From positions 1-60,233 of the IMG/VR virus record IMGVR_UViG_3300009428_000008: a stretch of DNA of 60,233 nucleotides; one strand, given 5' to 3'. A program made the translations under genes and the position numbers. Source of the DNA: a virus (lineage: Duplodnaviria > Caudoviricetes). Shown here piece by piece: positions 28,175 through 38,425 of this stretch. Position 1 is the stretch's first letter. Each line of letters starts with the position of its first letter. The notes below the pieces were generated by a model, which was not told the DNA's origin, searched no databases, and saw only the letters and a program-made list of their open reading frames with translations.

Positions 28175-28959
28175 AAAAGAAAACAATTAAAAAATCTTAT
28201 AATAGGATTTTAGAAATTTCGGAAGATGCAAAGCAAATTACCTTACCAGATGCACGATATTATAGAAGAAACGGTAAATATTACCCATCTATAACTTATG
28301 TATTAAGTTGTTACCCTAAAGGAAAACACTTCCAAGATTGGTTAAAAAAAGTAGGATATAGTGCTGATTGGATTGTTAAAAAAGCAGCTGAGGAAGGTAC
28401 TCAAGTACATGAAATGATTGAGGATTATCTTAATGGTAAAGAATTAAATTTCTTACAACATGGTATCCCAATGTACAATCCAGATGTTTGGCAGATGTTC
28501 CTAAAATTTGTTGATTTTTGGGAAGAATACACCCCAACACTAATTGAAGCTGAAGTACACCTATTTTCAGATGAAATTAAGGTAGCAGGTACTTGTGATT
28601 TAGTATGTGAGATTGAAGTAGAAGGTAAGACAGAAATGTGGATTATTGATTTTAAAACATCAAATAACTTACAAGTAACTCATGATTTACAAGGGGCTAT
28701 TTATGCTAAATGTTATGAAGAATGTTATGGTAAAACTGTAGATAGAGTAGGAGTATTATGGTTAAAATCAAAATCTAGGGGTAAAGATAAAGAAGGTAAA
28801 CGCCTAAAAGGTAAAGGATGGGAAATGCATGAGTCAAAACGCACACAAGATGAAAATATAGATATATTTGAAACTGTAAAAAAATTATTTGATTTAGAAT
28901 TTCCTAGACATTCTCCAATATTTACTGAATTTAAAACGCAAGCTAAACGAATTTTGTGA
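28171..28959 (+). CDS. PD-(D/E)XK exonuclease (Cas4/RecB-like)
   Basis: YPSIT, GTQVHEMIE, AGTCDL, IIDFKTS, QGAIYA. Confidence 0.9.
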   Translation: MKKKTIKKSYNRILEISEDAKQITLPDARYYRRNGKYYPSITYVLSCYPKGKHFQDWLKKVGYSADWIVKKAAEEGTQVHEMIEDYLNGKELNFLQHGIPMYNPDVWQMFLKFVDFWEEYTPTLIEAEVHLFSDEIKVAGTCDLVCEIEVEGKTEMWIIDFKTSNNLQVTHDLQGAIYAKCYEECYGKTVDRVGVLWLKSKSRGKDKEGKRLKGKGWEMHESKRTQDENIDIFETVKKLFDLEFPRHSPIFTEFKTQAKRIL

Positions 28960-28968
28960 TATTTATAA
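28959..28968 (+). promoter_or_regulatory. putative late promoter ATATTTATAA
   Basis: Exact 10-mer before ATG 28981, at the start of the mosaic block. Confidence 0.65.
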
Positions 28969-28980
28969 CAAAATATTCAA

Positions 28981-29802
28981 ATGGACAATTTTAACTTAAA
29001 AAAATATTTAACTGAAGGTAGTTTACTTAAAGAAGCTCAAGATAACCCAAAGGCAATTATATTAGCAGGAGCACCTGGAGCTGGTAAAGGTTATATCTTA
29101 CGAGGTTTAGATTTAGGAGGTTTAAAGATATTAAATGTAGATGATATTTACATGGAACTTCTTAAGAAAGGAAATATTTCCCTTAATCTAAAAAAAGCAA
29201 CTCCTGAAGAAAGAAGCCAACAAGCTTCTGCTATGGCAGTTGCAAATAAAGAATTTAAGGGTGATGTTGCTAACACAATTGAAGGTAAAGAATCATTTAT
29301 ACTAGATGGTACAGGTGCTTCATATAACCAAGCTGTTAAATTAAAAGGTGAATTAGAAGAAGCGGGATATAGTGTATTTATGCTTTATGTTTATACTGAT
29401 TTAGAACGTGCATTATACCAGAATCAGGACAGATATGAAAAATCTGATGGTAAGGATAGAAGTTTAGCACCTGCTATAGTAATGAAAACTTGGAAAAATG
29501 TAACAAAAAATTATACACCATATCAAGAATTATTTGGTGATAATTTTATATCAGTAGCTAATACTTTAGAGGATCAAGAAATAGGTGACTTGGATAGCAT
29601 TGTAAAAAAATATCTTGAGCCTTATAAGCCTGAGGGAACAATACCAAAAACACCAAAACAACAAGCTCGTAGAGATAAAGAAAAAGCACAAGATGCTGAA
29701 GAGTTAAGATCTATGCTCAATGATAAATTTGTACAAAATATTGTAGATTCATCAATATCCAAAGATGAGGCACAAACAAGATTAAAAAACTTTTTAAAAT
29801 GA
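28981..29802 (+). CDS. zeta-toxin-like/AAA_33 P-loop kinase with MDNFNLKK leader
   Basis: AIILAGAPGAGKG, LNVDD, FILDGTG, GYSVFMLYV.TDLE.AL.QN..R. Confidence 0.85.
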   Translation: MDNFNLKKYLTEGSLLKEAQDNPKAIILAGAPGAGKGYILRGLDLGGLKILNVDDIYMELLKKGNISLNLKKATPEERSQQASAMAVANKEFKGDVANTIEGKESFILDGTGASYNQAVKLKGELEEAGYSVFMLYVYTDLERALYQNQDRYEKSDGKDRSLAPAIVMKTWKNVTKNYTPYQELFGDNFISVANTLEDQEIGDLDSIVKKYLEPYKPEGTIPKTPKQQARRDKEKAQDAEELRSMLNDKFVQNIVDSSISKDEAQTRLKNFLK

Positions 29803-31508
29803 GTAAAATAATAGCAGCCTATGGTGGTGGGTTTAAACCCCCAACAGCAGGCCACTTTGAAGTAGTTAAAACGGCACTAGAAAACAACCCGGAAATAGAT
29901 GAATTTATAATTTATGTTGGTAGTGGTGAACGAGATGGTATATCACAAGATGAATCAATTTTAATTTGGGATACCTTTGCTAATTATCTCCCTATGAAAG
30001 TTAAAATTGAACCCTCAACAGCACCTATTGGTGATATTATTCGTTTAGGTAAAAATAATCCTGAAGACGAGGTTTATTTTGTAATTGGGGGTCGTGATGA
30101 TAATGCAGGTGATATGAAAGATATTTCTTCTAGAACTAAAAATATTGAAGCTGCATACCCAAATATGAAAGTAAAAGTAATAATAACACCCGATAAAGGA
30201 ATGAGTGGTACTAATGCTCGAAAAGCAGCTAAAAAATCCGAAGAAGAATTATCAAAATTTTTACCAAATGGTTTAACACCAGAAGAAAAATTAGAAGTGT
30301 TTAATATTATACGTCCTGTAGTTAAAGAGCAATTAAATGAAAATGCTACATATACTAAAAAAATAAATCTTATACATAAATTAGCTACTCTAACTCAACA
30401 TATGTTAGATAAAGGTATGAATATTGAACCTTTACCTAAGTTAGAATTTATAGAAGATGACAGAGAAAATGCCAGTAAATTTTTAGGTAAAACTGCGTAT
30501 TATGATCCAAACACTCAAACCATAGTGCTATATACAGAAGGTAGACATCCTAAAGATATAACGCGTAGTTACGCGCATGAAATGATACACCACATACAAA
30601 ATTTAGAGGGTAGATTAGGCGATATTCAAACTACAAACACTCAAGAAGATGATCATTTAAATGATATTGAAGCAGAAGCTAATTTAAAAGGTACAATGAC
30701 ATTCAGAAATTGGACTGATAGTTTAAATGAAGCTATTGTAGGTGATAAAATCGAATGCGATAGTTGTGATTGGAGTTGGGATATAAAAGATGGAGGAGAT
30801 GATTTATATATTTGCCATGAATGTGGGCATGATAATACCCCATTAAATGAAGATGAAGATCCATGTTGGGATGATTATAAAATAGGAAGTCCAAAAACTA
30901 AAATATCTCCAAAAACCGGTAAACGAGTTAATAATTGTATACCTAAAAACGAGAGTCAAGATTATTTTGGTTTAACAAAAATGGTTAAAGAAATTTTGAT
31001 ATATGAAGAAGAGGTCGTATCTTCCCCACCTATGAAATATAAGATATACTCAGATATGGATGGTGTGTTAACAGATTTTGACAAATCATTCGAAAAATAC
31101 TCAAAAGGAATACCACCTAGAGAATATGAAGAAAAATTTGGTAAGGATGGTTTTTGGAAATTAATTGATGGTGAAGGTAAAGTTGGATTTTGGGTAGGAA
31201 TGCCTTGGATGGGAGATGCTAAACAGTATTGGGATTATATTAAAGACTTTGATGTAGAACTATTATCATCACCTTCTAGATCTGAAACCTCAAGATTAGG
31301 TAAAAGATTATGGGTTAGAAATAACCTACCAGGTGTGAAATTAACACTAGCACAAGCTTTCAATAAGAAAAATTATGCTGAACCTAATCATATATTAATT
31401 GATGATAGAAAGTCAAACATAGATCAATGGGTAGCAGCTGGAGGGGTAGGTATACTACATACATCAGCAGTAGATACAATCCAACAACTTAAAAAATTAG
31501 GATTATGA
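29799..31508 (+). CDS. mosaic protein: HIGH-type nucleotidyltransferase + HExxH metallopeptidase-like + Zn ribbon + HAD 5'(3')-nucleotidase
   Basis: GGFKPPTAGH...SGTNAR; SYAHEMIHHIQ; CDSCDW...CHECGH; DMDGVLTDF...LLSSP...LIDDR. Confidence 0.85.
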   Translation: MSKIIAAYGGGFKPPTAGHFEVVKTALENNPEIDEFIIYVGSGERDGISQDESILIWDTFANYLPMKVKIEPSTAPIGDIIRLGKNNPEDEVYFVIGGRDDNAGDMKDISSRTKNIEAAYPNMKVKVIITPDKGMSGTNARKAAKKSEEELSKFLPNGLTPEEKLEVFNIIRPVVKEQLNENATYTKKINLIHKLATLTQHMLDKGMNIEPLPKLEFIEDDRENASKFLGKTAYYDPNTQTIVLYTEGRHPKDITRSYAHEMIHHIQNLEGRLGDIQTTNTQEDDHLNDIEAEANLKGTMTFRNWTDSLNEAIVGDKIECDSCDWSWDIKDGGDDLYICHECGHDNTPLNEDEDPCWDDYKIGSPKTKISPKTGKRVNNCIPKNESQDYFGLTKMVKEILIYEEEVVSSPPMKYKIYSDMDGVLTDFDKSFEKYSKGIPPREYEEKFGKDGFWKLIDGEGKVGFWVGMPWMGDAKQYWDYIKDFDVELLSSPSRSETSRLGKRLWVRNNLPGVKLTLAQAFNKKNYAEPNHILIDDRKSNIDQWVAAGGVGILHTSAVDTIQQLKKLGL

Positions 31509-31717
31509 GTAAATTAGGTTCAATAAATGGGGGGTATGAGGGAGGATCTCCTAGAATTAAAAGTGATAATCCCTTAGTACCTTATAACGGTGCAATCCCA
31601 AAACAAGTACCACCATTAGATATAATAAATAGACTAAAAACACTTCATTCTGGTGGTAATCTATCAGATGAAGGTATAAGGATAATAATAGATCAGTTAA
31701 AACAATTAGTTTCATGA
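31505..31717 (+). CDS. hypothetical protein
   Basis: 70-aa ORF with ATGA overlaps on both sides. Confidence 0.6.
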   Translation: MSKLGSINGGYEGGSPRIKSDNPLVPYNGAIPKQVPPLDIINRLKTLHSGGNLSDEGIRIIIDQLKQLVS

Positions 31718-32292
31718 GTAAAGTCCAAGGGTTAAATAAACAATTTTCAGAAAAAGATGTAAATCGTATGCGTAACCTTATTCAAGGTAAGCATGGAGAA
31801 AAAGTAGGTCAAAGTGTAGGTTATGCTAAACATGATCAAGATTATAAAGAAGGAGATATTTGGGAGGCAGATGACCGAAAGTGGACTATCAAAGACGGAA
31901 TAAAACAAAATATAACAAAATTAGATGCTGCTAAGAAAGCATATTTGCTACCTATTTTTTGTCCTAGTTGCAATTCAAAAATGCATTCTGATTTAGATAA
32001 ACCATACTATAATATTCATAAAAAATGTCTTAATTGTGTTATTGATTTTGAAGCAGATTTAAGATCAGCAGGATTATTTGAAGCCTATGAATCAAAAATA
32101 ATAAATTCTGAATTAGATGGGTTTATTGAAAGTTTTAAATCTTATGTAGAGTCTGAATTATCTAATCAATCAAATCAAGGATTTATTTCAGAACAAGGTG
32201 ATGTAGAAAAATGGTCAGGTTCTATAAATAAAGATAGAGTATTAGAAGGATTAGAAAAAACCATAAAACATTTAAATAAGCTTAAAAGATAA
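31714..32292 (+). CDS. hypothetical protein with zinc finger
   Basis: CPSC...CLNC; YKEGDIWE..RKWTIKDG. Confidence 0.7.
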   Translation: MSKVQGLNKQFSEKDVNRMRNLIQGKHGEKVGQSVGYAKHDQDYKEGDIWEADDRKWTIKDGIKQNITKLDAAKKAYLLPIFCPSCNSKMHSDLDKPYYNIHKKCLNCVIDFEADLRSAGLFEAYESKIINSELDGFIESFKSYVESELSNQSNQGFISEQGDVEKWSGSINKDRVLEGLEKTIKHLNKLKR

Positions 32293-32303
32293 CATATTTT
32301 TAT

Positions 32304-32313
32304 ATATTTATAA
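32304..32313 (+). promoter_or_regulatory. putative late promoter ATATTTATAA
   Basis: Exact 10-mer before ATG 32322. Confidence 0.6.
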
Positions 32314-32321
32314 TTAAAACA

Positions 32322-32852
32322 ATGTCAGAATTCAACATTACAGGGTGGCTTAAAAATCATTATTTAGCAGAAGCCGGTGAACCTAGCTCTAAAGTAACAT
32401 CTTTAGTCCCATTAATAGTAGATGCTATTAATCAAGTTGATGAAAACCTTTCATACAAAGACTTAGCTGAAGCTATTGGTATAATCCTTATTGAACAATA
32501 TGGCTCCCATAATTTTCAACCTTTTATAGGTGTACTTCATTCTAAAATAGGAATGGATGAAAATATACTAAAAGAATCACTTGATCTTAATGACATAGCA
32601 ATAACCCACACTGCAGAGTTAGAGAAGATATTTGATAGTAGACCTTATGTTAGTATGGGTCCTTATGGAGAGGGTAGTTTAACATTTAATATAAAAGATG
32701 AATTATCTGATGAAGATTGGAAGAAAGCACTTACATGGGTTAAAGATCAGGGTTATCAAATAGAAACTCAGTCTAATTACTATGAAGTTGACATTGATGA
32801 TGATAGATCTTGGTTTCCAAAAATCAACTTTAGTTTTCCAACTCCAAATTAA
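32322..32852 (+). CDS. mosaic hypothetical protein (putative internal head protein)
   Basis: [18 protein letters not shown] leader; two modules split by ILKES. Confidence 0.65.
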   Translation: MSEFNITGWLKNHYLAEAGEPSSKVTSLVPLIVDAINQVDENLSYKDLAEAIGIILIEQYGSHNFQPFIGVLHSKIGMDENILKESLDLNDIAITHTAELEKIFDSRPYVSMGPYGEGSLTFNIKDELSDEDWKKALTWVKDQGYQIETQSNYYEVDIDDDRSWFPKINFSFPTPN

Positions 32853-32862
32853 AAAATATATA

Positions 32863-34395
32863 ATGAAAGATATAAAAAATATACAGGAATTCTTTTCTAA
32901 AACCATAGAAGAAATGATGGATTTAAATGATCCTGTTTTAGTAAAATCAAGAGCACAAAAATCCAAACCAGAATCTTCTCGTGGGATTGATTATGATGAA
33001 GCTTTAACTCTTAGAGGTATGAAAGCAGATATAGAAAAAAGAATTAAACAACTATATATTGATATGGAGCAAGAAGCTGAGCCAGAAGGTGGTGAAGTAG
33101 CTGATAGATATGGTAGTGAATTAAATAAATTAGAAGATCGTTTATATAAAATTGAAAAACAATTGAGAGATTATGATATGAATGAATCATTAGAAGAAAA
33201 AGAAGGTGTAAAACATTATACAAAAGATGGTAAAGAATGGAAGGGTACAACACATAAAATGCCAAACGGTAAACTTATGACCCAAAATCCTCATAATAAA
33301 GATAGTGAAAAATTATTCCATAAAGAAGATTTAACTGAATCAATAGATGAAGTTAAAGAATATACAAGGGTATCAAAACCTAGATTTATAAAAGATAAAA
33401 GAAATCCTAACTTTTTAAATGTGTATATGGATTATGATATTGGACCTGGAGGTGCATCAATAGCATTAGGCAAAGAAACAATGACAGGTCAAATTAGAAG
33501 ATTAAGCTCAGCTGAAGCTGTAAGACAAATGAATAACGTAGCTAAAAAGCTTAACGATAATTTTGATGTAGAAGATATTGAAGTAACAGATTTAGAAAAT
33601 GGTAAAGTAAGAATATTCGCTGTATCTGATGATTTTATTAATATGGATCCAAACATGTTAAGTGAAATTAAAGAATCACTTAACCCAGAAGTACACAGAT
33701 TAGTAAATGGGTTTATTAGAAAAATGGCTGATAGATATGATTATTCTCTTCAAGATGCAGTTAATGCTACGATGCAAGTTTTAAGAAATCAAAATTATGA
33801 TGGTATTAATGAATTATTAAATGAATTAGATCTTCCTCAATCTTTATTAGCAAAAGCAAATAATCAGGTAAAATCTCCCTCAACTATGGCTAGTTTATTA
33901 TTAAACTTATATGATGCTATTCAAGCTAAAGAACAGATTGATTATTCAAAAAATTCAAAATTTAAAAGAGCATTAGATTTATTTAAAGATTTAGCAGATG
34001 ACAAAGTAGAAGGTACAAATGGTGAAGATGTAGAATCTGTTACTGAAGCAACTAATATATCAATTCAAAACTATTGGGATAAAGAAAATCAATCCGGGGG
34101 TAGTATGGATACAAGTAGAGAATTAGAAAAAAATGATGTTAAACAATTTTCTATAAATGTTGACAATAAAGTCGCATATTTAACAAAATTAAGAGATGAT
34201 GGTAAGTTTAAAAGTACAAAAGTAACTGACGACAAAATAGAAAGTTGGTCAATTAAACCTAAAATGCCAGGATCTAAAATAGCATCTATGTTAATAGACG
34301 AAAATGTTGTAAGGGTAAATAAAGTCATACAATCAATAAAAGAATCTAAAACATATAAATTATCAACAAAATATGGCAAGAATATTAATAAGTAA
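32863..34395 (+). CDS. mosaic acidic protein (putative internal head polyprotein); start revised to 32863
   Basis: ATG after an A-rich leader 10 nt past the previous stop; short modules separated by MNESLEE, LTESIDE, LSEIKES, INELLNE, VTEA, IDEN. Confidence 0.7.
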   Translation: MKDIKNIQEFFSKTIEEMMDLNDPVLVKSRAQKSKPESSRGIDYDEALTLRGMKADIEKRIKQLYIDMEQEAEPEGGEVADRYGSELNKLEDRLYKIEKQLRDYDMNESLEEKEGVKHYTKDGKEWKGTTHKMPNGKLMTQNPHNKDSEKLFHKEDLTESIDEVKEYTRVSKPRFIKDKRNPNFLNVYMDYDIGPGGASIALGKETMTGQIRRLSSAEAVRQMNNVAKKLNDNFDVEDIEVTDLENGKVRIFAVSDDFINMDPNMLSEIKESLNPEVHRLVNGFIRKMADRYDYSLQDAVNATMQVLRNQNYDGINELLNELDLPQSLLAKANNQVKSPSTMASLLLNLYDAIQAKEQIDYSKNSKFKRALDLFKDLADDKVEGTNGEDVESVTEATNISIQNYWDKENQSGGSMDTSRELEKNDVKQFSINVDNKVAYLTKLRDDGKFKSTKVTDDKIESWSIKPKMPGSKIASMLIDENVVRVNKVIQSIKESKTYKLSTKYGKNINK

Positions 34396-34405
34396 TATTC
34401 TCAAT

Positions 34406-34415
34406 ATATTTATAA
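34406..34415 (+). promoter_or_regulatory. putative late promoter ATATTTATAA
   Basis: Exact 10-mer before ATG 34441. Confidence 0.6.
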
Positions 34416-34440
34416 TCAAAACAACTAAAATATTTTCATA

Positions 34441-35106
34441 ATGAAAAAATCAGAATTAAAAGAAATCATCAAAACAGCTATGTTAGCTGAAGCTAATGAT
34501 TCCAAAAAAGGAAACAGCGAAGAGCAAAAACGCATGGAAGGTGCTATCAAAGATGATAGAGATCATATTAAAAATCTTGAAAAAGATATTAAAGATAATG
34601 AAGATAAATTATCTAAACTTAAAGACGACTACAAAGAAGACGTTAGTGAAGGTGGTAAATACTATGAAGACGATACAGTTGAAGAAGCTGAAGAAGTAGA
34701 TGTTGAAGATAATGAAGATATTAATGTTGATATTGAAGACGAAGTTGATATTGATGATGAATCTTCAAAATCAGAAATTGAAGTAGATTCAGAATTAGCA
34801 GGTGAAGATTCTGACGTAGCAGCTATATTGGGTCTATTAACTAAGGCACAATCTGAAGCAAAGAACTTAGGTGATGAAAAATTGATGGATCAAATTGGAA
34901 ACACAATTACATATTATACTAGAGCACACGTTGTAGCTGAGGAAGAAGGAATGGATCCTGAAAGATTTATGGGATCAGGAGGTGATGAAGTAGATTCAGA
35001 TAGTATAGTTAATGTAACAAAAGACAACCCAGCAGAAGACGCTGAAATTGGCTTCGCATTAGATGAGTCAACAAACAGATTTAAAAAATTAGCAGGTATT
35101 ATTTAA
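34441..35106 (+). CDS. acidic scaffold-like protein with MKKSELK N-tag and RFKKLAGI C-tag
   Basis: C-terminus NRFKKLAGII matches the scaffold C-terminus LRFKKLAGIIS. Confidence 0.7.
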   Translation: MKKSELKEIIKTAMLAEANDSKKGNSEEQKRMEGAIKDDRDHIKNLEKDIKDNEDKLSKLKDDYKEDVSEGGKYYEDDTVEEAEEVDVEDNEDINVDIEDEVDIDDESSKSEIEVDSELAGEDSDVAAILGLLTKAQSEAKNLGDEKLMDQIGNTITYYTRAHVVAEEEGMDPERFMGSGGDEVDSDSIVNVTKDNPAEDAEIGFALDESTNRFKKLAGII

Positions 35107-35142
35107 TAGTTATTAACAATAAAATTTATAAAAAAAACAATT

Positions 35143-35316
35143 ATGACAACAGTAGAATTAAAAGAACAGTTTGATGGAATTTACGAAAAATTTACAACTG
35201 AGCATTTAGGAAAATCAAAGGCAGCACATGGACGTGCTAGAAAAGCTTTAGGTGAAATTAAAAAACTTATAAGTGAATATCGTAAGGCTTCAATTGCTGA
35301 GGATAAAGCAAAATAA
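35143..35316 (+). CDS. histone H1-like nucleoid protein, Hc1 family (missed by the ORF track)
   Basis: 57 aa: MTTVELKEQFDGIYEKFTTEHLGKSKAAHGRARKALGEIKKLISEYRKASIAEDKAK; GxKAAxxRARK...L..YRKAS is the Hc1 signature. Confidence 0.8.
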   Translation: MTTVELKEQFDGIYEKFTTEHLGKSKAAHGRARKALGEIKKLISEYRKASIAEDKAK

Positions 35317-36963
35317 ATGAACGAACGCAAACTAACCAAATCCGAACTTGCAAAGAGAGAGGATATTATTTTAAATATGAAGGGTAACAAACGTGACCTT
35401 GTAAAAAAATATGGGGCGGATGCGGAAAAAGTAATGTATGGTCGAGCTACTAATATGGCCAAAAAACAATCAGAATCAATGACTCAAACAAACGTGAAGC
35501 TAAAAGAGATGGTTAAGGATGCTCTTAAAAATCCTAAAAAGGCCGATTTAAATAAGGATGGTAAATTGTCTGATTACGAAAAAACAAGAGGTAAAGCCGT
35601 TGAAAAAAATCTATCTGAGGATTTTGATGAAGAAAACTTAAAACCTCTACCACCAAGAGCCAAATTAGATAATAGGGAGGATTTTGGATATGAAGAAGAA
35701 GACTTAGACAATCCAGATGAAGACTTAGTTATAATAGGATCAGGATATTTAGAAGGTTTTAATAGGCCTCATTCTTTAAATAATGGAGAATTAGAAATGT
35801 TGGGTAAAAAAATCGTTAAACAATTATATAAAGGTGATAAAAATGCTGCCTTTAAAGACATTGTTGATAGATTAAATGAAGATCTAGATTTAGGTCATGA
35901 AGACAACGAACCCCACATGCTTAAAGCAGATTTATATCGTATTGGAAAATATGCTATGGAATTATACAATATAGTAGACGGGTTTGAAGGTGAAGGAGAA
36001 GTTGATTTTCCTTCTTGGTGGCAAGCTAAAATAACAAATGCTAAAACAGCAATTGTTGGGGCTAAACATTATCTTGATTTTGAAATTAATGAACCTAAAA
36101 TTGATGCTGTAGTTGACACTATAGATGATATAACACCAGACGATGATGTTGTAGATACCGATGTTTTAGACGTAGATATCGATGAATCTCAATTAGGCAC
36201 AGACGATGACACAGGTTTTACTAAAACGTTATATACACCTAATGAAATGGGAGATGTATCAGTTGCAGGTGAATATGCTTCAGGAGCTTTTGAGGAAAGT
36301 TTAAAAAAAACAGTAGCAGAAAAATTAGCTAAAAAATTAAAAGAATCTATATCTGACGAAGATAAAAAACATCTAGATATGATAGCATATTATGAATTTG
36401 GTGCAGATTCTACTAGTGGTGGATTTGATAAGTTAGGAGATGCCGAAAAAGAAGAAGCTAGAAAATTTATGGTGTATGCCAATGTTGATAAAACATTTGA
36501 TGACAAACCAGTAAAAGAAGGTTTACCTAAAGGCTATTGGGATAAAAAAATCGATGCCAAAGATGAAGATCAAGATGGTAAAATAGATGAAGATCTTAGT
36601 GGTGTAGAAGCAGGTAAAACCTATGCTAATATGAATAGAGAAGAAAGAAAACAATATGGTAATTATATTGATCATGTAGACATAGGTCATTTTGTAACTC
36701 CTAGTAGTGAGTGGAAAGACAATGATAATGATTACTTTTACAAATTAGGTTTAAGAGTAGTTAAACAAAGGTATAAAGGTAATATAGGTGCCGCTTATGA
36801 TTATTTAAAAAATAATCAAAAAGTTGATGAGTCATATAATACTTTAGTTAATAAAATCGAAAAATCAGGTAAATCTAAAAAGGCAGCTAAAGCCATTGCT
36901 GGAGCAGTAGCATCATATAAAGCAAAAGGTGGAGGTAAAGGCCCAACAGCAAAACAGAAATAA
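35317..36963 (+). CDS. mosaic acidic protein (putative internal head polyprotein)
   Basis: Modules KKYG.DAEKVMYGRAT, ADLNKDGKLSDYE, GHEDNEPHM...FPSWWQAKIT, separated by LSE/LNE/IDE/LKE/VKE/VDE. Confidence 0.7.
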   Translation: MNERKLTKSELAKREDIILNMKGNKRDLVKKYGADAEKVMYGRATNMAKKQSESMTQTNVKLKEMVKDALKNPKKADLNKDGKLSDYEKTRGKAVEKNLSEDFDEENLKPLPPRAKLDNREDFGYEEEDLDNPDEDLVIIGSGYLEGFNRPHSLNNGELEMLGKKIVKQLYKGDKNAAFKDIVDRLNEDLDLGHEDNEPHMLKADLYRIGKYAMELYNIVDGFEGEGEVDFPSWWQAKITNAKTAIVGAKHYLDFEINEPKIDAVVDTIDDITPDDDVVDTDVLDVDIDESQLGTDDDTGFTKTLYTPNEMGDVSVAGEYASGAFEESLKKTVAEKLAKKLKESISDEDKKHLDMIAYYEFGADSTSGGFDKLGDAEKEEARKFMVYANVDKTFDDKPVKEGLPKGYWDKKIDAKDEDQDGKIDEDLSGVEAGKTYANMNREERKQYGNYIDHVDIGHFVTPSSEWKDNDNDYFYKLGLRVVKQRYKGNIGAAYDYLKNNQKVDESYNTLVNKIEKSGKSKKAAKAIAGAVASYKAKGGGKGPTAKQK

Positions 36964-36965
36964 TA

Positions 36966-37400
36966 ATGACAGCAGCAGAATTAAGAGAAAAAATCAGAGT
37001 ATTAATTCCTCAAGTCTATGCTAATGTTAAACAAGGTGAGGCAGCAGCTGTAGAATTTGATGAGTTAACTAAATTTCCAGAATTAAAATCCGTAATTACA
37101 GATTTATTATCACATGAATTTGATAATTTTCTATCATCTATTGATTGGGTTGCACCTAAACCCTCAACATTTAGAATTAATTTAAAAAATAATCAAGAAT
37201 TTTACTTAACATACTCTAGAAGGAGTTGGATTGCTCAAGTTGAAGGTAAAAAATATTATTTATTAAACTTACCCGAAGAAGAAAGAGCAACAGAAGCTAT
37301 AGCACGTATTTTAAGATATGGGGTTAAAGTAGATGCTGATGCTGTGGAAGGAAATGATGTAGATGTAGATGTAGAAGTTGATGACACTGTAGAAATATAA
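36966..37400 (+). CDS. hypothetical protein
   Basis: 144-aa ORF; acidic DV-repeat tail encoded by GATGTA x3. Confidence 0.7.
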   Translation: MTAAELREKIRVLIPQVYANVKQGEAAAVEFDELTKFPELKSVITDLLSHEFDNFLSSIDWVAPKPSTFRINLKNNQEFYLTYSRRSWIAQVEGKKYYLLNLPEEERATEAIARILRYGVKVDADAVEGNDVDVDVEVDDTVEI

Positions 37401-37417
37401 AATAAAATAAAGTATTA

Positions 37418-38401
37418 ATGGACCCAATTACTAAATATTTAAATAGTGTAGCATATAAATTCCCAAAAGGATATCCTGACATGAATAATGATCAGGATGT
37501 AAAACTTTTAATGTCTTTAGTAGAAAATTTAGTAGATAAAAATATAATTTTAAAAGAATCTTCTGAAGATTATGATAATACTATTAAAAGAGCTTTAAAC
37601 GTTGAAGAAATTCCAAGATCAAAAAATAAATACCCATTCCCTGGTAAAGGAGGATCTACCTTTAATATAACGGTAAAATCTGATGATATGCTTACATTTA
37701 AAGCTCTTTATGGAGTGGCCCCACCTAAAAAAGGAGAAACTGAAGGTCAAACTAAAGGTGTAGGTAATGGAGAAATAGCATTATATTGGTTATATAATTT
37801 CTCAGATAGTAGTGTTGAAGTATCTGAAGGTAGAGCAGGAGATGATCCAGATTTATATTTTAATGGAATTGGGGTTGAAGTAAAAGCATATGGTAAACCC
37901 GTTATAGGTTTAGGTCGTTTTGGAGCTGATAAAGAAAATTTAGGTCTTTTAAGTGTAATTTTTGGCATTAATGCTTTAAGTAAAGCTTTAGGAGGTGAAG
38001 GTACTAAAAGAACTGTTAACCCAACAAATTTTAAAGGAAGTGATTTAGTCCCTGCTTTACAGCAAGTATTAGATTTAGAAGATATAGATGATCTACCAGG
38101 TTTAGCCCGTAGATATCCAATTTTCAAAACCATACTGGATAATATTAAAGTTGTAAACAGTTCTTTAAACGATCCAACCAATGCAGTAGATGCAGCTGTA
38201 GCTATGTCATTTGAGTTATTAGATTCTAAACTTGGGAGAAAACCAGGAGATGGTGGATTTTTAGCAGATGTAGAAGGAAATGGTGATGTTAAATTTTATG
38301 GTATAGATTTAAAAAAACTAAGAACTTCTGATAATTTACTAGACAATTTTGGATCTAAACAAAGTAGTTTATATCTTAATTTTGGAGCATTATTTGGATA
38401 A
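37418..38401 (+). CDS. PD-(D/E)XK restriction-endonuclease-like protein with N-terminal leader
   Basis: GVGNGEIALY, DPDLYF..IGVEVKAY; leader ends at ILKES. Confidence 0.65.
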   Translation: MDPITKYLNSVAYKFPKGYPDMNNDQDVKLLMSLVENLVDKNIILKESSEDYDNTIKRALNVEEIPRSKNKYPFPGKGGSTFNITVKSDDMLTFKALYGVAPPKKGETEGQTKGVGNGEIALYWLYNFSDSSVEVSEGRAGDDPDLYFNGIGVEVKAYGKPVIGLGRFGADKENLGLLSVIFGINALSKALGGEGTKRTVNPTNFKGSDLVPALQQVLDLEDIDDLPGLARRYPIFKTILDNIKVVNSSLNDPTNAVDAAVAMSFELLDSKLGRKPGDGGFLADVEGNGDVKFYGIDLKKLRTSDNLLDNFGSKQSSLYLNFGALFG

Positions 38402-38425
38402 TCTTTAAAATAAAATAAAATAATT

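Noticed and set aside
28171-28959. Cas4-like nuclease as a sign of a CRISPR system
   Set aside because: No repeat-spacer array or other cas genes seen; the primase-adjacent context fits a replication/recombination exonuclease
28981-29802. Zeta/epsilon toxin-antitoxin module
   Set aside because: No antitoxin-like gene upstream; the late motif and shared leader fit a cargo kinase better; substrate unknown
30333-30851. Identical TTAAATGAA 9-mers at domain junctions as recombination sites
   Set aside because: TTA-AAT-GAA is the expected encoding of L-N-E in this AT-rich genome, so DNA identity adds no evidence
32782-32862. Overlap of ORFs 32322 and 32782 as a programmed frameshift
   Set aside because: A good ATG with an A-rich leader exists at 32863 just after the stop; no convincing slippery site plus structure
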